From Yuukianura sp. NJ FZ-2021 (lineage: Eukaryota), in the NCBI GenBank assembly GCA_046563655.1, contig CM102289.1:7316001-7380000 (forward strand): 64,000 nucleotides of DNA, written 5' to 3'. Shown piece by piece: positions 1 to 12,973 of this stretch. Below the pieces are notes generated by a model. It was not told the DNA's origin and did no database searches. It saw only the letters and a program-made list of their open reading frames with translations. Positions within the stretch are counted from its first letter, which is position 1. Every line of letters begins with the position of its first letter. A program made the position numbers and the translations under genes.

Positions 1-85
1 TTCTATGCAGAAATAAATTACAGAAACTGCACGTTAGCAGTTTGGACTAAATGCGAATCCACTTTTTTGTGCATTGATTTAAAAA

Positions 86-2913
86 TTAATGACTTCGACC
101 ACTTTGCCAGCGAGTACGACTTGACATTACGAATTCGGAACTTCGGGGATCTGTCATTGGTTGTCCAAAGCAATTAGCTAGGCAAGGGCACTTGCGCAGA
201 AGTGAAATTAGCTCTAAGCGGAACTTCTTTCCCAAGATGGAGTAGAACAAGAAGTTGACAGAGGAATTGACAATGACTGGAATGGAAGAGAAAACTTCGA
301 TGTCTCTGGGATCATAGCTTCCAAAGGACACGAATACCCAGATGATGGTTCCGTTGATTACGTTACTAATTACGAAAAAAATACTGACGCACAGAAGCAT
401 TACGGTCAGTGAGGTCATGTCACTTTCGCCTGACGCAGCAGACATGGATTGGCGATTCTTCAGTGACTGTTTGACCTATCAGAAAAAGAGAAAACCAAAA
501 ATAAAAACATTGATTAAAAAAAATTGCTAATTTTGTTGGCCGCACCTTAATCCATATTCTTGAATTGAGCACAGTGAGTAGAGGAATTGGAATGACGTAC
601 ATGAGGATAGCCCAGAAGTAGCCATGGTAGAATTGCCTGTAAGCACGTTCTTGTAAAATGTTTGGCTCATTGTACGCCCGTACCAAAATTTTTTGCAATC
701 GTGCTATGTACATCGGATTCCTTCGCATTTGCACTTTAATCGTAGAGCCAATAGTTTCAAACCAACGCGGTAAATTTACAACGATGGCTCCAATGAACAC
801 GATTATGCTCAAAATAACTGCTTTCCGTTTGTTTGTCCAAAACCGAATTTGAAGCGGGTAGCACACTGCTACAAATCGCTCCAACGTCACAATAATTGTT
901 ATGTACACAGATGCAGTGTGTGCTAGAAAGTTATTTAATATATTAAAACACAATTCTATAAAAATAAAACTTTTATAAATGTACTCAATACCTGTTTTGC
1001 TCAGCGGGTAAATATACTTGGACTGGAATTCTTCCAGCATCGTAACGGTCTCAATAGGTTGTTTTCCAAGGAGAGAAATTTCAGTTCCAGAACTGAAATG
1101 GCCCCATGGAAAATCATAAATTCCGAGGAATAGTGACACCAATTTGAATCCGTAGAGCGGTTGAGATAAAAACAACGTCCCCAGAATTGTTATATCAAAC
1201 AGCGCAAGTGCAATCATGAAGCAGCTTGTAGAGCTCATCATAGCCTTCCTCCTAAGGACTACAATGGAAATGACGTTTCCTAAAATTCCAACCAAACAAA
1301 CACCTCCGAGAACGTATATGTAGACGTAGAAGATCGTAACTTCTGTTGTCGCTTTGTCTTCTGGTCGAACTCCCAAAAATACCCATCTTCCATCGTACTT
1401 GCCTAGCCTAACATAATCTCCTTGCTTCGTAGAATTTGCATCTTCCAAAAATTTAAACACCTTGGCATTTTCTGCTCCGACTTGTTGCAGTCCTGTGATT
1501 GTTAATTCAGTCATTGAAGTATTCAAAAGTTGGCGCAAAAGGTCGTCGTTGATCTGATTGGTCAGATATACGTTTTCTAACTGACTGAACATGAATGAAA
1601 TATTTTCGACAACAGTGTCATCCAGGTCACAATTTTCTAGTGATAGAGAACGGATTGATTCGAATTGAAATCGTGAAGTCAATGTTAGTTTTAGGTCGCT
1701 TAGCGACAGCCATCTTATTGACTTCAGAGATTCCTTAAGAACTGAAAAGTCAAAGGTCATCTTTTGCTTCATATTACTTTGCTCAATGGTTATTGTATTA
1801 AGGGAAGTCAAATTCCTTAGGAATTCGAATCCTCCAACTTCAAATTTGACGTTGCGCAGTTCAATTTCTGTCAACACTGTACTGTTCAATGTGATTCCAG
1901 CGCTGTTGAATGCGGAGTTGTAAATTTTAAGCGTGTTCAACTTGGGCAGAATAGTTGGGTGATCGATTGATGCTGATGAATGGACAAGAACTGCATTGTC
2001 AATTGTGAACGACGTTAAAGATTCAGCATTGAGATAACTCAAGTCATACGTTGGGAATGAATACTGGAATGTGACATTTTGCAATTTCAACCTGTGAAAA
2101 ATGTAGAAAAAAGTGGGTTACTCAAAAACTGCCACCGATTAGTTTTGATTTCTTACTGTTCAACTTTGTTTAATCCTTGAAGAAGCGTGCTTGGTAAATT
2201 ATTCAAAAATTTTGAACACAGCACATCAAATTTCTTCACCTCGCTTCCATTGAATTTTGACAAGTCAATAACAGTTTCCACGGCTTCAAGAACTTTGTAT
2301 GGAAAGTACTGCTGCACGTCGTACGGAATTTTCTCCACCTTTAGTTCTTTCATAAAATAAACAAAGCTTCCGCCAAGTTCCGGCCGCAGAATTGTGGTCA
2401 TTGAGGCGATGGAAGCTAAATCTTCGTTTGGTGCATAGAATAACATGTCAAAGAAGTCTGATGGTGTACTTCCAGAAAATCCCCATTTTTTGCGCAAAAT
2501 GTCTACTCTGTATAATCTGGGAAGAGATACTTTTCCCCAAAATTGTCCATTCCACACAACGCCATTGAGCTTGATGTCGGTGAGACTTGTACATTCCTTT
2601 AATTCTTGTAGCAACTTTTTTGGATCAAATTCTACTGCAATTAGTGTAAGGTCTTCGATCGTTGATTTATTCTCGTATTGGATTTTTTCAAATTTTTCAA
2701 GTGGGTAATGCTCCCGCTCTCCCCGAATTATTACTTGATTCATCCACTAAAAACGTATACAACATCAATCATTTTTGTACGAATCGGTTACAGCATTGTA
2801 CATTTCTAATGTTAACCTACCACGCTTTCTTTTAGACTTTCTGCATTTGGGAAAATTGGCGCTGCAATGGCAAGAAAAGTCCAACACTTTAATACGAATA
2901 TGAAAATCGACAT
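86..2913 (-). CDS. Class A GPCR, FMRFamide/sex-peptide-receptor-like 7TM with signal peptide and ~475-aa LRR-like ectodomain (5 exons, 849 aa)
   Basis: Exons 2913-2821, 2746-2157, 2091-992, 922-546 and 475-86 join in frame through GT-AG introns (2550 nt). 7TM motifs: GILGNVISIVVL, LALFD, HTASVYITIIVTLERFVAVCYPL, NLPRWFE, NSSVNFLFY. N-terminal MSIFIFVLKCWTFLAIAAP is signal-like, and LxxLxLxN-like units follow (LPKLNTLKIYNS, IRSLSLENC, LTDIKLNGV). Confidence 0.85.
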
Positions 2914-3375
2914 GACGTTTTCTCCCTCAAAAATTTTGGAATCAATATCCACTTTGGCTTTTTTTAAAAGTCGTTTACTTTTTATCTCACACACGCTACT
3001 GACTTTCACATTAGCAACGCATCATTACTTAACTTGTGGTAACAGGAATGTGCGTTTTTTAAACTGTGCTAATTAACAAGTAACTCTTTCGGCAATTAGT
3101 AATTGTTGCTTTTCCTCAATTAAAATAGTTAAGGTTTAAGGTTTTACCGCTCTTTTCACATGAAGTGATAAAAGCTACGCAGTAAAATGAAAGTTGGGAT
3201 CACAACGCGTTTGCGGTTTCCGCTCAAGAAGTTAAGCCTCTTTTTAATTTGATTTTGATTGATGAGAATGACAACAAATTTTAACGCACGAGACATAACA
3301 AGGTTAGCAATTATCGATTTTGTGAATATCTCAGAATTTTGGATTTTTTTTAAAACTTGTATTGAACAAATTTTC

Positions 3376-4647
3376 TTAGCAAAAACCAATATCCCAGCAT
3401 CTGTCCGGTGCTTCGTTGCAAGTTTGCGTTTCAGAATCGTAGCATTCATCCCCACACCCAATTTGGCCTTGTGGGCAAAGAACGCGGTTGTGGCAAGTTA
3501 ATCCAGAAGTAACGGCGTTGTAACACCGATAGCCACAGAGTGATTCACCTAATTCACATAAGGTGCCACCATGACACGACTTTTCTTTGGGGTCAAAGCA
3601 ATCATAACCGCAAGGTGATTGGTCATTCGGGCACGGAAATTTACTGTACCCGGATTGCGTATGACAGGTTTCATTTTTTGGCCAGTAGCAGTAGTAGCTT
3701 CCGCACGGTTCTCTACCAGCATAGCAAACTTTCTTGTCGTTAAAGCAAGTTTCTTTGGTTGGGTCGTAACATTCGTAGCCACATAAAATGTTGCCTGCGT
3801 CACATTTTTGACCGTTGTGACAAGATTCTCCGTTTGCTTCCGAGTAACAGTTGCTTCCACACGGTTTTTCACCTTAAAAAAAATTTGTGGAGTTACATTT
3901 TTTTTATGTTAGACTTTCTTGATTTATAAATTAGAGAATTTTTGAAACCTTTTTTGCAAAGAACTTTTCCGGTACAATAAACTTCATCCGAAGGCGTGTA
4001 GCATTTGTAAGAGCCGCATGCGCTTTGACCTTTTGGACAAACTGTTTTGTCATTGACACAGTCGGAGGTCACGGGGTCATAACATCGGTGGTTGCAAAAT
4101 TGTTGGCCCTTTTCGCACAGCGTTCGGTGATTAAAGCATTCATGGGTGACTGGACTGTAACAATCGTATCCACAAACTTCTTCGGTTTGTTTGTAACAAA
4201 CAATTTCGTTGTTACGCAAGTAGCCTTGGTCGTTGCATGTTTGTGTCTCGGGCCAGTAGCATATGTGTCGGTTGCCACAAAGGCTTTGACCATTTTCGCA
4301 TACTGTGGTGCCATCTAGACAAGTTTGGTTTCCTGGAACGTAGCACGTATCCCCACAAGATTTCTGACCTTTGACACAGACTTGCTCGTTGTCATGACAT
4401 TCCTCCGTTTCCGGAGTGTAGCAACTATGGCCACAAAGGGACTGTGTCCTGGAGCATACGACGTACTCTACGCACGACACTGTTTCAACAAAAACGAGTC
4501 AATTTTTATGTTAACAAATAAGGAAGTTACTCTACTTTATCAGATTTTGGGAACAAAAAATTATGACTAAAAGTGCTTTTGAATTTTACCTTGTTCAATA
4601 ATTTGGAAGAGGACACAAATGGCTAAAACGCATGTCAGTTTTTCCAT
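3376..4647 (-). CDS. Secreted cysteine-rich repeat protein (12 four-Cys repeats, CBM52/galaxin-like; 361 aa)
   Basis: Exons 4647-4590 (MEKLTCVLAICVLFQIIEQ), 4479-3949 and 3872-3376, joined by phase-1 introns. The repeat C-x2-G-x3-CG-x2-CY-x-P-x4-C occurs 12 times. The correct frame of exon 3 is absent from the ORF track. Confidence 0.8.
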
Positions 4648-5447
4648 TGTAGATGGTGAGTGGCAACTTTTGGGCAACTAGACAAAACTGCGAACTATTA
4701 AATACGCTTAGAATTAAAATTTTGAAGAATTAATTATTAATTGGATTCTTAACTCTTCCTTTTACTTTAATTGACATTAATTAAATCAAATTCCGAATGC
4801 AGCCGAACTATTTCAATAGCTTCGAATTAAGGTTCGTTAACTAATTCTTGAAAACCATAAATGGTTGGAATTTTCTTAAATTTTGGAGGCAGAAATGCAA
4901 CTGTAAACCTGAAATGAGGTTTGATGATGACCAATACTAAATTTGCGAATGTGTCATAAATCATGTGACTAAAAACAAGATGTGTTTGTTCTGGAAATGA
5001 TAATATGAATGACATTCTGACGCTTACTTTTTTCGCAAAACATGCAAACACACACATAGGCTGGGCTGGGCATGCCTTGTAAGTATGTTTTCCGGTGTAA
5101 ATAGAAAAATTTTGAATCATTGGGATGATAGTTCAGTATAATGTGCAAAAATTTTCCTGCAAGTGAACCAAAGTGTCACTGCAGATTAGATATTGTACAG
5201 TCTACGGCAAAGTCCTGATTTAGGTGTTACCTGTATGTCCATGTCCTGGATTGGTCTTTGATGAATCACACCTTCACAGGAAAACGCTATCACGTTCCGG
5301 TAAACTCAAAAGTCAAGCTGATTGCAAAAGCGTCGGAGCACTTATAAATTGTCAAGCAATTTTTCAGTTCAACCACTTGCACCTAACTTTTCGTTTTCAA
5401 AAAAAGCACGTTTGTTTCAAGCCTTGCATTTTTGAACAAAAGACATC

Positions 5448-6515
5448 ATGTCTGCCATTTCCCGAATTCACTTTGTTCTCTCTGCGCGGTAAGTGAAATT
5501 TTATATTTGCTTAACATCTAAACCAAAATGTAAGTTGACCTTTGACATTTTTTTCAAATTTTTGTAGAGATTTGCCCGCCAAGGTCCGTGGTTCAACTGG
5601 ACTCAGCAGCATCCCTGATCCCTATGTCAAAGTGTTTCATAAGGACGACGACCACAAGAACTGGAGACCTTTGGCCAAGACCGACCATGTAGTCAACAGC
5701 TCCAATCCAAATTGGCTTGAGGTTTTTGCTTTTGACTGGAAACCAAAAACGGATCAGGTAAGAACTTAACATTTAAAGGAATTTCTTTTAAAAATTAAAA
5801 CAAAGCTTCAGTTTTTAAGAAACTAAAATTTTAAACTCTTTTTCTGGTAAAGGTTTTGCGTTTCGAAATCCACGATTTCGATCCCTTGAACAAGGACGAC
5901 CTCATCGGAGCTGTTGAAGTTGATGTTGACAACTACGTTGTGCATGAAAAGCGAAACACTTCCAGAAAGCTCGTCAACGGTGCAACGCTTAACATTATTG
6001 AGACCAACGACATTCACTTCAAGCTTCAACTGGAGTAAGTTCAGATTCGTGTCTCAGGTCAAAGGTCATTTTTTTTAACTAATTATAATTCTGGTACAGA
6101 AATCTTCCAAAGTCGGACAGTTTCGGCGACGCTTGTGATCCGTACGTAGAATGCTCCTGGAGTTTTGGACTCCATGGCGACCGTCATCGCTTCCACAAGA
6201 CAAAGACGGTCGATGATGCTACAAATGCTGCTTTTCGGACTATTTGCTTCAACAACTTCCAGAAGGGAGCCAATCAGGTAACTTCAAAATCGGAATTATT
6301 TACCGCCAAATTTAAAATTTTGGACAATTTTGATGTTTTCATGTTTTTTGTTGCAGTATTTCCACTTCAAGGTCTACGATGAAGATACTGGAGTTGATGA
6401 CAAAATTGGTGAAGTATCATTTTCCGTAGACACCTACGTGAACAACCGCACGGCGGCGGTGTTCCGTCTCAACGAGGGCAAAAACAATGCTACTCTCAAA
6501 ATCTCACCAGCCTAA
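5448..6515 (+). CDS. Tandem C2-domain protein (copine-like C2 pair, no vWA domain; 249 aa)
   Basis: Exons 5448-5488, 5568-5757, 5853-6034, 6100-6277 and 6357-6515 total 750 nt. C2 motifs: PDPYVKV, NSSNPNW, FEIHDFDPLNKDDLIG, CDPYVEC, FKVYDEDTGVDDKIG. Confidence 0.85.
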
Positions 6516-6830
6516 CAACAAAATAACAAGATAATTTCCGTTCCAAATTCCACAAATTACTGATTACTTCAGTGCCAATTCCATAAAAAATGTTTCTAAA
6601 GTCAATAAAAAACACTTTAAAAAGTGGACGCCAAAGTACTGTTTTGGCAGACAACAATTCATTTTTTATTTTTTGCAAAAGCAATAAAACCTATTGTTTA
6701 ATTATCAATTGCACTTAACTTTAAAGTGTTTGATAATCCTGCTGTTATAAACAAGCGCAAAACGTAAGCACTTAGCGCTAAAAAGTCCAGAATTTGAAAT
6801 ATATGGGAAATGCTCCAAAATTTCGATTCT

Positions 6831-9773
6831 TCATTGCGAGTGGTTTGTAACTTCTATTTGAATTCCACATGGCTCGGATCCCCGCGGATTTTGCTCGTAT
6901 GATGCAGCATCTAAAACGAATTTAAATGCTTGTTGATTATAAATTTCAATTAAATATAAACTTAAAATAATTTTCCGTGTTGCGAAACAAAAATACATGC
7001 AGAGAGTCTCCTACCAACACGATCTTCCAATTCAGCTTCTGATTGGCAAACGGAGGATTCAGTGCCAACTTTTTGCAAAACGCGGTGCACAGATTCTTTG
7101 ACGTTCCAGAGCAGAATGACTTGCTGTCTTCTTTGAAACTGTTGAATCAAGTCAGTTAATCCCTGAGCAGCAGTGTAGTCTACGAACTGAATATGGTGAC
7201 AGTCAATCAGAATTGACATTTTGCTTTTCCCGGCTTTGACCAGAATGTATCGAATGTACTCCACACTCGGAAAAGTCAAACTTCGGTCAAGCATGATCAT
7301 AACAAATTCGGTTCCAAGGTTAGTCTATAACAACAAAATAGTGCTTCATAGTAAGCCAAAGTTTGCTAATGTGGAGGTCATTAACCTTTGTATGAACTTA
7401 CAAAACCACGTTTGACCTTTACACCAGGTCTGGCGGCATAGTAGAGAAGGTAAGTGACGCTGATCATGAAGCCAGTCATCATTCCTGTGAATTTTGGTAA
7501 CCAAAAATGAATTTTTAAAAAATGGAGAGTTTCCAACAAAAAATTCCACGCAGAATTTTTTGCACTTACCGAATTCCAGTCCAAAAAATAAACCTACGCC
7601 TGTAGTAACAATCCAAGGCAAAAGTTCCATTTCTAACAAACAAAAAATTACAAAAGATGTAGCTTTTTTTTTCTTTTTTTTTTAAATTGAAAATGTGTGA
7701 ACTATGATTTTGAATCTGCTTTTACTTTTGGCGTTCCACATGGACCGAACAATGCACAAATCCACCATGTAAATGACTGCACAGATAATGACAGCAGCAA
7801 GACTTGATTTTGGAATATACGAAAAATATGGCGCCAAAAATTCAATTGCCAAAAGCACAAGGAGTCCAGCCATAAATCCACTTGCTGGTGTTTTGGCTCC
7901 AGACGCAGCATTGACCGTAGTGAGTGAAAATGAACCAGTAATTGGCATCGAGCTGTTTGAAAATGTTTCAAATTCAAAATTTTGAATTCTTGTTTTGTTT
8001 TTGGAAAGTTTTAGAAAAACTTGTGTTCTTTTACCTGAAAAAACTTCCAATGATATTTCCCAGCCCAGTGCTCACCATTTCCTGACTGGCATCTACAATA
8101 TCATCTCCCGCCAAAGCTTTTGCAATTGAAATGTGTTCCATGAGAGCTAAAAGTGGCAGGAAAATGATTGCCGACGCCTGTTTTTCCATTATATCATGGA
8201 TGAATCTGTAGGTTTCGTTTTTGGCTGGATTGTAAATGGTGAATGGTGGTGGTGAGAATGGTGGCAAACCGGCTTTGATTTCATCTACTACAGTAAATGG
8301 CTGATCCGAGGTGATTGAAAGACCGTAAACCATTGCAGCAGTGACGATAACTACTAGAGAGTTACGAGCAATTGAGATGAACTTGATGACCGGATTGTCT
8401 TTGATTCCGCAACAAGCAAAAAATTGTGGCAAGTGCTGTAAAATTTTGAAACAATCCGTTGAAAAAATTGTTTACAATTTTTTCAAAACTGTTTTTGAAG
8501 TGAAAGGTTTTGAACAAACGTTCGAATTTTTTCTTACCCTAAGAAAGACAAGTACTGCGACACAGGCAACACTGAGTAAAAAATCGGGCATCTTGGTTTC
8601 GACGACATGCTCAATAGTTTCAATAAGTACATCGAAAAATCCTTGCGCGGAAAATTTTAAACCGAGCGCTTCCTTGATCTGCGTTGAACAAATTGTCAAC
8701 GCTGCTGCAGTTGTAAAGGCGGAGCTCACTGGCTTTGAAATGAAGTTCACAATGAAGCCAAGTTTGAAAACGCCAAGACAGAAGGAAACAAAGCCAGTCA
8801 AAAATGTCAACATGACGTAGCACGACCTCTGCAATGAAAAGGCAGCAACAAATGAATCACATGCTCATTATTTCTAAGCGGGAATTTTCGTACAATTCAG
8901 ATTTACTTACGTCAAGCTGCTCTGTATATGTGTTTGCCAGAATTGCCAAAATGGCTGTCGGCCCAACAATGACTTGTGGTGCTCCGCCAAAAAAGAAGTG
9001 AACGATGCACCCGACAAAACAAGACCAGAGACCAACCTACAAAAATTTTAAATATCAAAATCAACTTTTTTTTTATTTTCAAAACTTTTTCAAAATTGAA
9101 CATATTTTGAGTTTTCTTTGCAATTTAAAACCTCTGGCTTGAGATCGGCAATGACGGCATAAGCTAGTGCTTGTGGTAACATCGTAATGGTGACAGTAAT
9201 TGCTGCGACTACGTCGGCCATCAACTTTTCCAGAGAATACAAACGTGCCCAGCCAAAAATTGGCAAAATTTTTTCCACCTAAAAGTTGATTGAGTTGTTT
9301 ACTAACATTACTTCAACACCAACGTTTACATATAAATTAACAATTGCCTGCAATTTGTGTACACGCTTAACTCTACTGTTCTAATTTTTCGCATGCAACA
9401 CAATAACGGCCAGGCAAAACGTTTTCGCCTGCCACAAACCGTGAGACATTTGTTACGCAATGAAGGAAAATCTTACTTTAAATATTTAAATACTTAACTT
9501 AAATCAAAATCAAAAAGTCATTACCGTTCTCATAGTGCAACATAGTGCAAAACTGTGCAGAAATGCTGCTGCGACACTTTGACTTTGATGTGGGCCGTCA
9601 TCTTCGACTACGTTCTGTCGCGAGCTTATGTTTTCACCTCCAATACTGAATCCAACACCCAAGGAACCTCCAGACGCTACACTTTCTTTACGGCCATCTT
9701 TGCGCTCGTTTCCGCCAAGGGCCATAGACGCCAAAGAAAACGTACTGTAGTTCTTTACGAGTTCCAGCCTCAT
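6831..9773 (-). CDS. SLC26/SulP sodium-independent sulfate/anion transporter (SLC26A11-like) with C-terminal STAS domain; multi-exon
   Basis: Motifs ADVVAAITVTITMLPQALAYA, LGFIVNFISKPVSSAFTTAAA, DASQEMVSTGLGNIIGSF, MPITGSFSLTTVNAASGAKTP and the STAS-like LIDCHHIQFVDYTAAQGL. The first exon (...CCTMRT|GTAATG) splices in phase 0 to VEKILPIFGW. Start is ATG 9773 or 9725; stop TGA at 6831-6833. Confidence 0.9.
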
Positions 9774-10348
9774 TTTAGAGGAAATTAGTTACGTCGTAAT
9801 CCAAAAAAAATGGAAGTGCGTTAACGCACAAATTTTTAATAAAATTGTAATAATTTCTGTATACTACTAATTCTGTTAAACAGTGCAATAAAATGGCTTG
9901 TCGTACAGTTGCACTTTTAGGGAATGGTTGCCAGAATCCTGGAAAAACCGTCATTTTTAGTTGGAAAAAAATTATTCTTTTATTTTTCATGTCGAATGAT
10001 CTGAACATTTTAAATTTTAAGCAGTCTTCGAACAATCCAATTTTTGAATTCAAAATTAGTTATATTTAATTTAGGTTTATAATTTTAATTTATAAGTGTT
10101 GTAAACAGAGTTTGTCAGAATTTGACGCATGTGAGCCAGAGTCAGCAGACCTTGAAAAATTAGTTTCATCAAAAATTTGACTTCCAAATTTTGGGTTAGC
10201 AAGAGTCAAAACCAGGTTAAGTTTAACTTTATAAATGTCAATTATTGTGAATCTCTTTTGCAGAAGTTGAAGCCTCGTGCAGTGCCAAAAAAAACTTTGC
10301 AGATTCTTCCGCAAATTATATCAAATGAAATACAAATCACGTTCAATG

Positions 10349-11886
10349 TCATCTCTTAAGCCTTGGTATCATTGCGGCAAATGGACTCCACCAGGGTTTG
10401 GAAGTGTTGCTGCTGCTTTCACTAGGCTTGTCAACTGGATACTTGATGGGTTCGTCATGATGTGAACTGTGACTGTGATTTGGTGGGTCTTGGTGGGGCA
10501 CTACAGTGGGATGCTGCTGTTGTTGATGAAAGTGTGATGGAAAATGCTGATGATGCGGATGGTTGTGGAGGTGATGATCATGTGGAGGAAAATGATGTTG
10601 ATGATTTAGTGGAGAAATGGGTCCTGGTTTTGGAATAAATGGAGGACCATTATAAGTAGGTGGACCATGACTGTGATGATGGTGACCATGATGGACTCCT
10701 TTCTTTTTGTCAACTAAGCCAAGTTCAAATAAAACTGGCTTGGAACTCAGAGCATGCGCAACGCCAAACGCAGCCAGTCCTGCTATTGGAGCAGCTATAA
10801 ATCCGGGATGGACTTCAACCTGATAGCGTTTTCTCTTGTGATCTGAAATCAACCCAAAAAAAAATTGAAAGTAAATCAAAATTCAAAATATGTGGAAGCT
10901 TCTATAAATACTCTAAAAATTCATATTTTAATTCAAAAATGTAATTTGAAATTACCGTAAACAGGATGATGGTGATAGTAAGGATGATGATAACTATATT
11001 GCCTTGGAACATCCCATGCATGGTGAATGACTGGAAACGACGTTGCGCTCGACTGCGCATGACTACTGTCATGTCCAATGACGCCGGTCGTCGGCCCTCC
11101 AAATCCAGTGTGGCCTAACACTCCATTGCCAGTAGTTCCGTAGCTGTTTGCAGAATTTGTACTGGATAAAAAGTTGCCAGTGGTTCCATGAGCCGACATG
11201 CGCGGTGGTAACGATACTTCGGTTGGGACAGGAGTATTTAGAATCTTAGGCGGTCTGTAACCCGTACTGGAAAAATGTGTGAAAGGTTGGAGGTCTTGCC
11301 AGTGATGAGTATTGGTGGCAGAAGTGATAGGATTCACATGATTATGAACATGAAGTCGTGTTTGATGATCATTTGCTAAAAAGTGTCTGTTTCTATTTTG
11401 AAAAGCGTAGGGGTCATATACACTGTCATGTGACCATGTTGGTTGTCCAAAGTTGTCATGAACATGGTCGTCAACTACTTTGAACGAAAGTGTTTTCGCG
11501 GCAACTTGGGAAGTATCTGGAACAGTATTGTCTTCGTTCCAAGTCCAATCTGGAATTGAAATGAAATGGGGATGAAACAAAACAAAATCAATTTTTTAAG
11601 CATTCGATCTTGAAAAACTTCAAATTTTACCAGAACTTCGACCAATTCCGGTGACTTTTGCTAGCTCTGTTTCAGTTGAATGAGGCCTGTTCGAATTCCA
11701 AATCCAATTTGCTTTGTTCTGTAGGTTCTGACTTGGAAAATTAGATGGATGCCAGTTTGAATCCGAATCGGTTTGACGATTCCATAAGTGAGATCTTTGT
11801 GGCTCTGAAAACTTGAGAACGTAGGCCAAGTGCTGATGAATTTGCAGAAACGTTAAAACTAAAAATATCGACTTTTTCAAATACAT
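10349..11886 (-). CDS. Histidine/proline-rich secreted low-complexity protein (3 exons, 447 aa)
   Basis: Exons 11886-11631, 11549-10956 and 10842-10349 join in frame (1344 nt). Signal-like MYLKKSIFLVLTFLQI, His-rich tracts (HHPYYHHHP, HHGHHHHSHG, HDHHLHNHPHHQH) and one hydrophobic stretch FIAAPIAGLAAFGVAHAL. Confidence 0.7.
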
Positions 11887-12383
11887 TTTTCTCAAAAACT
11901 GAAAAATTAGAGTGTTATTAAACTTTTGAGCAGTTTTTGTGTCCTAGGTCATGGTGTTTGTCGGAATAGGAAACTGAAAGTGACACTAAACTGACCGTGC
12001 AAATCTTCTGCAATTTCACCTTTCTATTAACCTTCCGACGACGTTCCGCTTTGGACACAGATTTTTTTATACTTTGCAATATTTCTTTGCTTTTGGGGGA
12101 GAATATTTTTGGTAAGTTGTCAACTTTAGCAAGTTCATGCACTAGTAAAAATGAGGAATGGAAGACGACATGCAAGGACAGACTTTATTTTCTCTTTAAC
12201 TTCAATTAACCTGTTGACAAGTACCCACTCTCCTGCTCTAATAATTTTTATGAAATTTTGACAGAAAGTAAAAACTTTCAGAGGCTTAAATTGTTTTTTC
12301 TTGATAAGTCCTTTGTCATTTGAATTAATGAAAAAATGAATTTAATTTTGCGTACGAAGTGAGATGAGCTGAAGATGAGGTGA

Positions 12384-12973
12384 CTAGTTTTGAACACGGC
12401 CAATCACGTAGACGCAAATCACAATTTGGACGACAGTGAAGAGTTGAAGAGTCTGCGCAGAATTTGTAACGCTGGGAGAACATATTCCATCACCATTGGC
12501 ATTCAACAGACATTTTCCACTTTTACAGTTTTTGGCATTGTCGTTAGCATTTTTCTGAAACACCTTTAGGGCTTCCTTGGAAAGCTGAATGTCACTGGAA
12601 GCCGGCGGATCTTCGCAAAACGAGTCCTTACAGAGTTTTCCATCATCACATCCGAATCCGTTAACACGGTCATGGCTGCTGCCGCTGCCCTTTTCGTTGC
12701 CCTTCTTCATGGAAAAATAGACAGCAATGAACACTCCAACAGAAACGGCGAGGACGACTCCCATGACGATGAATCCATACATCATGCGTCGGTTCCGGTC
12801 ACGCTGAACACGTTCCACAACTTCTGGAGCTGGATTGTCGTAGTGAAAAACGACGTCCGGTTGGTGGTAACCATAGCCGTGACGACTGTGATGCTCCTAA
12901 GTAAAAAAAACAGCATAAAAATCATGCTAGCTCAACATGAATTAACTGTTCAAGTGATTAGACTTACATGCAT
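12384..12973 (-). CDS. Tandem-family copy A: TM + 6-Cys domain + hydrophobic C-tail protein
   Basis: Micro-exon ATG CAT|GTAAGT (12973-12968), then exon 12896-12384. Encodes HYDNPAPE, TM YGFIVMGVVLAVSVGVFIAVYFSM, CDDGKLC...CKSGKC-x9-C and tail LQLFTVVQIVICVYVIGR. Confidence 0.75.

Noticed and set aside
3549..3872. Thr/Val-rich 107-aa ORF
   Set aside because: It is an alternative frame of the Cys-repeat exon; the spliced frame continues the repeats.
9350..9450. Possible alternative first exon of the SLC26 gene (...LLCCMRKIRT|GTAGAG)
   Set aside because: The donor is weak and the resemblance to exon 1 is short; unsupported without transcripts.
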